DNA of 64,000 nt, taken from Zootoca vivipara (Eukaryota). This document shows, one piece after another, positions 25,482 through 36,238 of this stretch. Each line of letters opens with the position of its first letter. The first letter of the stretch is position 1. The notes beneath the pieces were generated by a model, which had not been told where the DNA came from, made no database searches, and worked only from the letters and a program-made list of their open reading frames with translations. A program made the translations under genes and the position numbers. Location of the stretch: assembly GCF_963506605.1 (NCBI RefSeq), contig NC_083284.1, positions 124,001 through 188,000 on the forward strand. Direction: 5' to 3'.

Positions 25482-28157
25482 ATGGAGGCGCCCCGGGAAG
25501 ACGTCCTGCAGAGTGAGTGGCCCTGGGCGGGCGGAGGGGAGGAGAAGCGCGCTCCCGCGCCGGGTCCCTTGCGGGACCAGATTGCGGTAGGGGGGGATCC
25601 AGTTCGGTCCCTCTAACTGCCCCTCCCTCCCTGCCTGCCCACTTCCTAGGCTCCTGGGTGGAGGTGACCCCACTTGGCCAGGAGGAGCCCCCCACGCCGG
25701 CCTGTGCGCCCCACCGCGACATGGAACAGATTCTGCTGGAAGCGCAGCTGGAGGTGGAGTCGCCGCGGGCCGAGGGGTAGGTGGCTGGGGGCGGATGACT
25801 CTTTCGTGGGCAGCGGGGTCGGCGGAACTCCTTGCAACTGGCTGTGAGCGCAGCCGGGAAGCGACGGCACCGGGGTGGGGGGGGGCGGGCGGGCTGGAGA
25901 CCAAGCTTGGACTGCCGGGTCTCTCTGGTGAGGGGATGGCAGATCAGCCCCTCAGAGCCAGACAGGCGCTACTGGGCATCCCCGGCTCTTCGCCCTTTCC
26001 TTAACCCCTGCTCAGGGCTGCGTACCCAGGGGGCGGCCCACTGCCTGGCCTGGGGGGAGGCCAGCTCTTCCTTCCAAGTGCTCCCAAAGTCCTCCCGTGA
26101 ACCTGACTCTACTCCCCCCCACACACACTATGGGGCTGTACTGTGGCTTTTACTGGAGTTGGCATAACTGCGCTCCTAAGCAAATTCCAGTCAGCTCCTT
26201 TTAATGCTAATTGCCCAGATGTTCCCTCAGTACTTGCGGTTCTGTTCCGTTCCCTTGTTGGGATGCTCTGAAACGTCAGAGTTTGAACCAAATCGCTTCT
26301 CTTGAGATTTGTCTTTCTGAACTTTTCCCTGTGAAATTGGAAAGTTTGGCTGGTTTTCTTTGGGCTCCCCCTTGCCACATGAACCTGAGGAGGTGAACCC
26401 CACATCCTGCCATTATAAATGTACCAGAGCTGAAAGAATCGTGGAATCACAGAATTGTAGAGTTAGAAGGGACCTTCAAGGCCCATCTAGTCCAGCCCCC
26501 TGAAATGCAGGGATCTCAACAACATGACTGATAGCCATCCAACGTCTCCTTTAAAATCTCCAAGGAAGGAGACTCCACCACCTCCCTAGAGAGTCTCTTC
26601 CGCTGTCAAACAGCTCAGAAACTTCTTCCTGGTGTTTAGTCAGAAGGAGCCTTTGCTGTGTGGGGTCTGGTTTCTACAGCTGCTTCCCCAGAAACACCGG
26701 CCTGGGAGTGGCCACCAGACATCTTCCAGGGACACAAACCCCCCTGCAAGGATGACCTGGGCTTCTTCTGTGTGGTGACAACCTAGTGTCTTTCTCCTGC
26801 CTGAGGCTCCATTGGCCAACCACTTCACCTGCCCAGGAGGACAGGAGGCACCTGAGCATCTTCACAGGGTGTGGACAGGTCTTGCCTGGTAGAGATTTAG
26901 GTCCAGTGAGGGCATCAGCCTCTAAAGGGCTTCACAGCAGCTTCTGAGCATGCTCACAAACAGTATGGCAGTGAAATCTCTCTTGTGTTTCCAGCTCCTT
27001 CCTTGCACTGAAGGCACCTGGTGTGGAGGAGCTGAGCCCAGGGCAGGTGAGTGTCAATGCTGAGGTGTGCAAAGGACCCACCTGGGCCATGGGCTTGTGG
27101 GCTTGTAGCCTCACATTCAGAAGGCGCCAACCAAACTGGGGTCCTGAAAGGTTTAATCTCAGGGGTCTTTGTGGTGACCGGCCCACAAAGCACCTCGAGA
27201 TCCATAAACAGGTGTGTTCACACCCACCCACAAGACATTCCCAGATGGTTGCCCAGGTGATGTCCCCCTCCACCCTTAAAAATATTATGGGATGCTGGAC
27301 TTTCTCTTTGCAGAGGGAAGACGCTGAAGGGTCTGTCCAGCTGGGGACCCTGCCCTGGTCGTGGCCCAGCCCCCCTGAGCACCAAAAGTAAGGATGGCTC
27401 TTCACTGCCTTTCCATGGGGGTCCTTGCCCCCCCTGGGCAAGACTCTCACCCCACTGCTGCTCCACTTTGGACTCTGTCTCTCTGTCTCTCTGCAGGGAG
27501 CTGGCCTGTCTATCCCCTGCGTGTGCCCCCCTGCTCAGCCCAGTTCTACACAGGAGGAGGGGGTTGCGGGACCCCCAGCTGCTGCTTCTGGTCATCCCCT
27601 CTCTGCTGCTCAGCCACGTCTTGGCCTTGGGCCTTGGGTGAGTCGGGGGGGGGGAGAGAGAGAGGCAACGAACCAGGCAGAGTTAGCACCTCCAAACCTC
27701 TTCTCTCACACACAGCAGTGGCCCATCAGTTGAGGAGAAATGGGATCATGCCAAAAAAACATGGGGACGGGGGTTGATTTTTCTCTCCCTTTACAGAAAC
27801 ACCCTTAATTCTGCCCAATACTGCCTGTCTCCTACCCCCCTCCCCTCCAAAACACATTGAGACCTGCTGTGACGTCTCTGAGCTTAGGTTCCCCCCAGGC
27901 ACCTGGCTGGCCACTGCAAGAAGAGGATGCTGGATTCGATGGGTCTCCTCTGGCCTGATCCAGCAGCCTCTTTTCGTGTTCTTCTGCTGCTCAGAGCCTT
28001 CTGTTGTGGGTACCCTTGCCTCTCCCACTTTCCTGGAGGAGGGGAGCAAGAGAGGGGGCTGCTGGCCTTGCCTCTCCTGACCAAGCCCTTTCCCTCTCCT
28101 TTCTCCAGCATTTGTATCGGGAAGCGTCTGGCTGCCTCCCCAGCAAGCAGCCTGTGA
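25482..28157 (+). CDS. BNIP3/BNIP3L(NIX)-family mitophagy receptor paralogue, 6 exons, 157 aa
   Basis: Exons 25482-25512, 25650-25776, 26995-27046, 27314-27387, 27497-27637, 28109-28157 (474 nt, all GT-AG, intron phases 1,2,0,2,2). Product: MEAPREDVLQSSWVEVTPLGQEEPPTPACAPHRDMEQILLEAQLEVESPRAEGSFLALKAPGVEELSPGQREDAEGSVQLGTLPWSWPSPPEHQKELACLSPACAPLLSPVLHRRRGLRDPQLLLLVIPSLLLSHVLALGLGICIGKRLAASPASSL. An alternative in-frame ATG lies at 25431. AATAAA at 28610-28615. Confidence 0.9.
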
Positions 28158-30335
28158 GAAGCCGAGAGGGGCCTCCTGGGACATCCAACCCCACCCCAGC
28201 TCCCCACCGAACTGTTGCACGGCCCCATCTTGCCCAAGTGGTGCAGAGCCCAGCATCAAAGCTGATACCCCACCCCCACCCATTGTACACAACCTCCCTT
28301 GCCGAGCCCTCACAAAGAGTGTCTGCGGATTTAGCCCCCAAGCCCCCTCTCCACTTTCCCTCTTGTGGGGTGGCTGCTGCAGTGGGGCAGAGGGGATTGG
28401 GTAGCCAGGCTCCAGCAGCAGCCGCTCCCTTCCTCCCCCTCCTCTCCTGTGGGCCCTGCTAGCAGCTGGGAGTTAGAGCCTGGACACATCTGGAAGGCCA
28501 CATCTGGAGGCTGCGCTACCCCCACATGCCAATCCAAGGAGCTTCGGAAAGACAATCGGCATCAAAGTATGGCAGCTGATCTACTCAAAAATGCCATTGC
28601 TTCATTCGAAATAAATCCTGTTTTTCAAAATCCTAAAAAAGTCTACCAGGCATTCCTTTTTAATGTACAGGGGGAGAGTAGCTGTGCTTTAGGTGTGGAG
28701 TGAGGGGCACCATGTTCTGGCAATGCCATGGGGAAGAAGCCCCCTCAAATATGTTATTGGGGGAGCCAAAGGGACCTCAGACCCTAGGAGTTGGCTCCTA
28801 TGTAGCCGTAGAAGCGTGGGCTGCCTTGGATTGAGGCCTCCTCCGTCACTGGGGGGAGAAGGTGGCCTGTATGTCGCGGGGGCGGGGGGAGCTGCTGCTC
28901 TCAGCCTGGCTGGGGGAGCCTCTCTTTTCTCCAGCCCCTGGCCGGACCCAACGCTGCTCTTATTTTTGTCTCTCACATTTCTCCTTGCCACCAGCAGAGG
29001 GTCTGCAGACCAGCATTTGTCCTTCTCCTGGCGCCTCCATGCTGGTCTGCAAGCCAACGTTTCCTAGTCCTGACCTTGTTGCACATGGCAAAACCGAGGG
29101 AAGGTTCCACTTGCCTCAGTGAGCCCAGTACAGCCCACTCTGACTGGCAGCTCCTCCCATCCAGGGTCTTGCTACTAGAGCGGCTTATCTGGACATGCAT
29201 CCATGGAAGCTGAAATCATAGCCAGAGATTCGGAACAGGCATGAGAACGGACTTCACACAGCCCCTCGATAGACCTGTGGAACTCACTGCCACTAGAGGG
29301 TAAAGCCCGCTTGGATGGCTTTAAATGAGGGTTGTGGAAAAGAAGGCTAGTAATGGGCACTAGCTACTATGGTGGTTTCCTGCTTCCAGAATCAGAGGCA
29401 GCTGGTCTCTCAATACCAGTTGCTGAGAATCACAAGGAATCAGGAATCTTGAGCTTTGGTCCTGCTCATGGTCTTTCTCCCATTGGCTGGCCAATGGCCT
29501 CATCCAGCAGCCTCTTCCTGTGCTCTGATTACTGGGTGCCCCCCCCCAGCATCTCCCATAGATGGGACCGGATCTATGCCCATTTTACCTCTGGGACCGC
29601 AGGGGCTGACAGCCTCCCTGCCAAGCAGCTCAGTCTCTTCCTCAGTGGATCCCTCCATGGGCGACAAAGGAGGCAGGCAGGACACAAGGACTGGGAAAGG
29701 GACATGCATTTGGGGTGCCCATCCGGGATTCAAAGCCAGAGGCGAGGAGCCCACGCGGGCCTGGTTCTCTGCCAAGTCCGGGTCAAGCCAAGAGCCCCAG
29801 CAGCCTCACTCTGTTGTGCAAGGAAGAAGTTGGAGGTTCGTGGTCACCCTGAGAGCCTTGCGGGCGCAGAAAGGGACCCTCCCCCATCAAGACTGGCAAG
29901 GGGGTTGCCCCCTCCCCTTTAGTTCCTCGGGGTCACTAGAAAGTGTCTCCTCACCCTGTCACTTGCCTCTGGCCCACAGAAGGACTTGATCAACTTCAGT
30001 GGACAATGTGAACCCGTATTTTTCTAGCAGATGAGACAGAAGCGGAGGAATCTCCCCACTCCAGCTATGATTTTTAAAAATTTCTGGTTAAGATTCCCAT
30101 GTTGGTCTTTGTTTTTACACATTTTGCATGTTGCGGCCAAAATATTTCAGTGCTTGAAACAATAAACCCAAATGCAGGGGTGACTTCCCCAACAGTATCT
30201 TAAAAAAGATCATTGGTTGAGCTTTACCGGCGCCCCAATTCGGGTCCTGCAGTGGCCCCTCCCTCTGCCAGGTGACTAGGAACCGTGGTGTAGCTAGCCG
30301 CTCAGGTGCCTGGGGCGGCGTGTGTGCCTTGCAGC

Positions 30336-30505
30336 CAGGGCTGGCTCTAGGTAGAGCCCCGGTGGCGCGGTGCACCAGGATGCCGGGCCGGTAGGTGGGG
30401 CGCTGCGCGGCAAAGCCACGCGGAAACCATGCTGTGCCCGGCGGGTCGCCGGAGCGATCTCCGCCCCTCAGCGCCATGGCGCCCGACCTGCTCGAGACTG
30501 CCCTG
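30336..30505. mobile_element. GC-rich hAT-type MITE, copy 1
   Basis: CAGGGC...GCCCTG termini; perfect 8-bp TSD CTTGCAGC at 30328-30335 and 30506-30513. Confidence 0.8.
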
Positions 30506-30899
30506 CTTGCAGCCGGAGATGGGGCGAGCCAAGGCAGGGCCTCACCCAGCTACGCCTCTGGATTAGGCAGATTGCTGGAGGAGAGGGCTGTCGAAGGCTA
30601 CTAGCCATAAAGGCTGTGCTCTGCCTACAAAGTTTCTGGAAATCACTCAAGGGGAGGGTGCTCCTGCAGTGGCGCAGGAAGGGGCATGCCGTGCGTGCAG
30701 GAGTTATTTTTTGTCACCCCCCTCGGGGATGACATGCGGGGCGGCCCACACCCCCTGCACCCCCCTTCCTACACCACAGACTAGGAAGTTACCTTGCTGC
30801 CGGGGGTGGGGGTGGGCTTGTCCTGATTCTGGGATAAGGCAGCCTCCCTCCCCCTCCCCAAAGAAAGACTCTGAAGGAGAAGCAGTTTGAAAACAAGAG

Positions 30900-30905
30900 T
30901 TTATT
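30900..30905 (-). terminator. Probable polyadenylation signal of the INSYN2-like gene
   Basis: TTTATT on plus, about 240 nt beyond the stop codon at 31147. Confidence 0.55.
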
Positions 30906-31146
30906 GAGACCTCCTCGAATACAGTGTGTGTGTCTTCCCTCCCCTCCTCCCATCCTTTCATTGGGGGTGGGGTGGGGGCTCTGCAAGTTAAACTGGACAG
31001 ATTCGAACAATAAAAAGGCTGGTGCAATCTCTCCACGCTGCAGCTCTGTAGCAGGTTGACTGGTGGGGGGAAGGCAGCCCCCCCCCATGGCTCCTTTTCC
31101 TCTCCTTGGGGAGGGAAACCCCCGGACTCTTCTGGACACGGCACCA

Positions 31147-32740
31147 TCACAGGAACCAGAAACACTTTCGCCGGGACTTCTTGGGCTCCGCTTTCACCAC
31201 GGCCAGATTCAGCGCTGGCGACGGCTCCTGGTGGTTCGGCGTGGCAGCTGGCCTAGCCCCCGGGGGGCTGTGGCTCGGCTCAGGCTCAATGGTGCTCAGC
31301 ACCTGCTGCAAACGCCCCTCCTGCTTCCGGAAATCATGTTCCACACTGTGGGGAGGCGGGGAGCAAGTCAGAGGGTGGCGTCTCCCAAGGAACCCCACTC
31401 AGCCAACGCTAGGAATTGGGGGCAGAGACGGAGGTCTGGCTGGACTGGGCTGCCCCCATCCCTCCTGGGGGGCCATGGGAGCTGGTGCAGAGGAAGCAGC
31501 TCAGCCGGCAGGAGCCTGGGGGGGGGCACCAATGGGAGCCTGCCTGCCTCTGCCGACCCTGGCATGTCTCACCCGTCGCTGCAGCGGTAGAGACAGACCC
31601 GTCAATCCCAATTAGCGCTGAGGCTTTGTGTGAGCCACACAGGCAGGAGGCCAGAAGGAGCCGGCGGGCAGGCAGGCAGGGTGGCGGGAAGAGGAAGAGG
31701 GCCCAGTCCTGCCAGGGAGGCTCTGCACAGCCAGCACCCCCCCCCCAACAGCCTCCAAAGGTCAATGGAAACGTAGGGCAGGAACCGAGAAAAAAGCCTC
31801 CAAGGAGCAGAGGCTGCCGGTCTCTCCTTCCTTGGAGGTTTTTAAGCAGAGGTTGGGAGGCCGTCTGCCAGGATGCTTGCGGGGGGGGGGGGGGCTGGTC
31901 TAGAGGACCCTCGGGGTCCCTTCCAACTCTACAAGTCTAGGATTCTATGGTCTGCGGAAGATGTCTTCCTTGTGCCAAACAGCCAGGGCTGAGAGCAAGA
32001 GCCCTCTAGGACTCGGATTCTAGGGAACCCAGAGCAGAGATACCCGCCTCTCCCTGGACCCCCTTTCACCATCCTGGCTCACAGCCCCCCATGGGGTATT
32101 GACTTCCTCTAACCCCTCCTTAACAAATTGTCCAGTAGCACCTTAGAGACCAACTAAGTTTGTTCTGGGTAGAAGCTTTCGTGTGCATGCACACTTCTTC
32201 AGACTTAGTTGGTCTCTAAGGTGCTACTGGACACTTTTTATTATCTATTTATTTATTCTGACTGCGTCTGTACTTAACCTGAAGCGAACGTTCCCATTGA
32301 AAGGAATGGAAAGTGGACTCATCCATTCCAGATGGTCTCCGGAGGACTCGACCTGAAGTGTACTTAACCTGAAGTATGAGTGTAATTGGTTCTGGAAGTC
32401 CGTACTTAACCTGAAGCGTACTTAACCTGAAGCGTACTTAACCTGAAGCGAACTTTCCCATTGAAAGTAATGGAAAGTGGATTAATCCATTCCAGACGGG
32501 TCCACAGAGTACTTAAACTGAAAGTACACAAACCGAAGTGTACTTAAACCGAGGTATGACTGTGGAATGCCCTCCCATCAGATGTCAAAGAGAATAACAA
32601 CTACCAGTCTTTCTAGAAGACATCTGAAGGCAGCCCTGTTTAGGGAAGCTTTTAATGTTTAATAAATTATTGTATTTTAATACTTCTGTTGGAAGCTGCC
32701 CAGAGTGGCTGGGGAAACCCAGCCAGATGTGGGCGGGGTA

Positions 32741-32777
<37 letters not shown>

Positions 32778-35700
32778 AATATCTAAGAAGGACTCAGAGG
32801 CAGCCTCTGGTATTTAGAAGCAGAATGTAGCGAAAGGGGCTGGTAGCCATTTGCAACTGTCAGCTCCATGGGTCTGGGCCCTGTGGGGCTGCCCCAGCCT
32901 GGCAGGCATTTCCCTGGGATATGGTACAAGCTCACCACAGGCCCTGCAGAGTCTGCTCCTGCCCCATCGCACCCCCATCAAAATCCACTGCCCCTACAGT
33001 GCCAGGGAGCCCAAGGGATCAGGCCAAGAGCTCACCTCGTCCAGCCTCCTGTTCTCACAGTGACCAACCAGATGCCTGTGGGAAGCCTGCAAGCAGGATC
33101 CGAACACAAGAGCAGCCCTCCCCCCTCCTGCGGTTTCCAGCAAGTGACCTTCCGAAGCCTTGCCCCCTCCAACTCTTGAGCCATTCCTGGCTAGGCCAAA
33201 ACAGAGGCCCAAGCAGGGAAGGGGCTCTGTTGCAGAAGAGGGTGACCTGGGCGAGAGAAAAATCGGCTGGGCAGGGAGAAAAGTGGGCCTGCCAGAGATC
33301 CAGCAGGACTGGAAAGGACTGGAAAGCAGCCAAAAGACAACGGAGTTGGGTGGGCTTAGCCTGAAAGTGGGTTGGGGGGGGGAGATGCTGGCCCTTTAGG
33401 GAGGGCAGGGCCGGCTCTAGGTAGAGTCCCGGTGGCGCGGTGCGCCAGGGCGCCGGGCCGGTAGGTGGGGCGCTGCGTGGCAAAGCCGCGCGGAAACCAT
33501 GCTGCGCCCTGCGAGGGCGGGGGTGCCGGAGCGATCTCCGCCGCTCAGCGCCAGGGCGCCCGACCTGCTCGAGAATGCCCTGAGGGAGGGGATCCTCTTC
33601 ACCCCAGACCACATTCTGAACCGGGCCAACGATACAGACCTCCTCTCTCTCCTGAGCCCCCTCTGCCCTCGCTCAGCAGAAAGCGCAGGATCATCACCTC
33701 CATAATACTGAACAGGCTTACATTTTATGTTGATGTGAAATGTGAATGTCAGCAGCCTAGGTCTGGGCTGCAGGTGGATGCCGTGGCCGGCAGCCGAGAG
33801 CAGAGGAGGTGGGGAAGCCAGGGGGGCCTGGTGGGACTGGGCACCCCCAAACCCCACCCCACCCCTGCTCCGAGGCCCCTCCTACCTGTAGATGATGCAA
33901 GCGCTGTTCCGGCAGGTCCCGCAGTTGGTGGTGTCCTGCCCTGTCCGGTAGGACTGCCGCCTGAAACAGAGCAGGATGAGCCCATGAGCCGAAGGTCCCG
34001 GAGGGCACAAGCAGGCAGCCATGCCCCAAGGGCCGGGGGGAGCTGGCTTTGGGGGCCAGGAGAACCCCAGGAGGTCTTAGGAAGGGAAGCCAAGGCAGGC
34101 AGGCAGAAAAGGAGCCCCTCCAGCCTCCCAGCACAGAGGCTGCCCCAAGGCAAGGGGGCTGGCCCCACAGTGGCACTGCTTTGGCTTCCAAAGTGGGCAG
34201 GCACAGTGCTCCATCATTTCAAGCACAGTCAAACCAAAATGTCGTCTTTTGCTGGACAGGCAGCCGAGAGCAGCTGACGCTCACAGCATTTTCCTTTGTG
34301 TTTGCTGGAGAGAACTCTGCGAGAGCCAGTCCCATGGTGCCCTGATGGGCAGAGGGCACAGCCATAGATCTTTTCTCCTTGCCTGCCTGGGCACATGCTC
34401 TCATTTTTGTCTCTTCACCCCCAAGCCAGAAATAGGAGAACATCTGCGAAGTGTCTGAGCTCCAATGTTCAGACACCCTTTTAAGCTCAACTTAAGTACG
34501 CCTCTCAAATTAGCTCATTTGGTTGGAGCCTGGTGCGGAAAACAAAGGTCACAGGTTCGATCCCCGTATGGGATGGCTGCATATTCCTCCATTGCAGAGG
34601 GCTGGGCTAGATGACCCTCAGGGTCCCTAGAGGCCCTGCAAATTTTGTCTCTGTAACTGAATTACCATTTTAAGCCCCCTGAATAAAGCTGTTATTCTGC
34701 CGCAGAAACCCTGAGTGAATAGATGTTGTTTTTAATCTCTTACAAGACTGTTTGTATGATTATTGTTTTCAAAGGGGGAGAAAAGGGGGAAATATCAGGA
34801 GAATCCAATCTGCCTTAAAACATCCTAGATTACTTAAACAGAAAGGCTAAAACTAGCCCATCGAAGGTCCTTTTTAAGCCACAAAAGGGATATCACTCTG
34901 CAGAAGTAAGGAGAATATCTAATAAATATAGGCTCTCCTAGCATCTCTTCGACATCCCTGGCTTCCAAGGGTCAAGGTGGCTCAAGGCCTGGCCGGTGGG
35001 CTCCTTGGGGAACCCAGAACCCACCCAGCCCAAGACCCGCCTCACCCATCGCGCTGGGCCTCCTTCTTCTCCAGATCCTGAATGACATCGAGTAGCACCT
35101 TGATGGTTTGTTGGCTGGTCTCCAGCACCCCCTCGAGGGACTGCAGCTGGGAGTGGATCTCACCCACCCGCCTGGGGAGGTCCTGAGATGCTGGCGGGGG
35201 CTCCCTCTCTGCAGCAGCGGGACACGGTGGCCCTTCAGCCACAGACACCAGCTGCAGGTGGTGGTCCTGGACGCAGGGAAACGTCCCCCCAGGTTGGGCA
35301 GAGAGGCAGGCCTCAGGGGGGCAGCTGCTCCTAGAGGAGGGCAGAAGGGGGTCCGGGGGCTTCTGGGAAGGCGTGGGGGCTGTGGGGTGGGCCTGAGTGG
35401 TGCTGAGGCTCTCCGGGGAGGCCCCGGGCGCTGCTGGTTTTGCTGACTTGGGGGGCCCTGCTGCAGGAAGCAGGCAGGCAGGGGTGGGGTCTTGGGTGGG
35501 GGGGCCCTGAGAAAGGGGGTTGGGGGAAGGGGTGCTCCTCTGGGGGGCACAGGGAGGGGCTCTAGAGGCCTGCTCAGAGGGAGTTTGACAGAGAGGGAGT
35601 TGGCACAGCCAGGGGGCGCCAGAGCTGCCGAGGGGTTGCATGGAGGAGGGGGCACAGTGCTTGCGCTGGGAAGAGCAGCTGGCCAAGAGGCACGGCTCCC

Positions 35701-36238
35701 CCCACCCCGGGTATGGGGGGCATGATCCTCGGGGAGGTGGCAGCCCGGGGCACAGGGTGGCAGGAAGCCTGGGGCGCTGCTGGGTGTGGGGTGAGGCAAG
35801 GGAGCAACCAAGGGCAGGAAGGCTGGCGGTGCCCCCCGGGGGTGGATCCTGGTTGCGGCCCACTGCAGAGGGTGCCCCCTCCTGGGCGAGGTCGCAGGAG
35901 CTCTTGCTGCGGAGGGGCCGCTGCAGGCTGGGCGACGTCTGGCTGGCGGTGCTGATGCCAGTCGCCCCATGGGGATCCGGCAGGGCAAGCAGCAGGCGGG
36001 GCCCGGATTGGGGCCAGCTCCGCCTGGCGCAGTTGGCGGCAGAGGCCCGCGGGGTGGGGCTGCCCAGGGGCTTCTCTCCGCCCTCCTCCAGGTCCTTGAA
36101 GCGCACCTGCCGGGCACGGTGGCGGCGCTGCAGGCGATCCTCAGCACCCGGCGAGTCACGCTTGAGCAGCACGGAGCGGACCCCGGCGGCGGCAGCCTTC
36201 TCTTGGCCGGCCTCCAGGGCTGCCCCCTGGCTGGCCAT
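31147..36238 (-). CDS. INSYN2/FAM196-family (inhibitory synaptic factor 2-like) protein, 3 coding exons, about 488 aa
   Basis: Exons (minus): 35046-36238 (acceptor upstream at 36667-36668), 33886-33960, 31147-31345; total 1467 nt in frame. Family motifs: VRSVLLKRDS, RQVRFKD, STASQT, coiled coil [52 protein letters not shown], C-terminal KKSRRKCFWFL. Confidence 0.9.
32129..32233. mobile_element. Penelope-like-element terminal fragment forming an inverted repeat
   Basis: 31-bp arms 32129-32159 and 32203-32233 around a spacer containing AGCTTTCGTGTGCATGCACACTTCTTCAG; same family as 59004-59235. Confidence 0.7.
32270..32563. mobile_element. Tigger-like MITE remnant with internal 16-bp tandem repeats
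   Basis: CGTACTTAACCTGAAG x3 at 32401-32448; TIR-like end AAACCGAGGTATGACTG; similar to 23309-23496. Confidence 0.65.
33406..33582. mobile_element. GC-rich hAT-type MITE, copy 2 (intron of the INSYN2-like gene)
   Basis: Highly similar to 30336-30505; perfect 8-bp TSD AGGGAGGG at 33398-33405 and 33583-33590. Confidence 0.8.
34511..34630 (+). mobile_element. tRNA-derived SINE with CR1-type tail
   Basis: A-box-like TAGCTCATTTGG and B-box GGTTCGATCCC, followed by a TTGCAGAGGGCTGGGCTAGATGACC CR1-like 3' tail. Confidence 0.6.

Noticed and set aside
25482-28157. Idea that the BNIP3-like locus is a pseudogene or retrocopy
   Set aside because: It has five canonical introns, an unbroken frame, conserved functional motifs, a CpG-rich promoter and a poly(A) signal.
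32401-32448. Short regular repeats resembling a CRISPR array
   Set aside because: Directly tandem 16-mers with no unique spacers, inside a Tigger-like MITE in a vertebrate genome.
34511-34575. tRNA-like sequence
   Set aside because: Degenerate stems and runs straight into a CR1-type tail; a SINE head rather than a tRNA gene.
34972-36159. 395-aa alternative-frame ORF overlapping the INSYN2-like large exon
   Set aside because: Starts at GTG and is Pro/Arg-rich without motifs; explained by stop-codon scarcity in GC-rich coding DNA.
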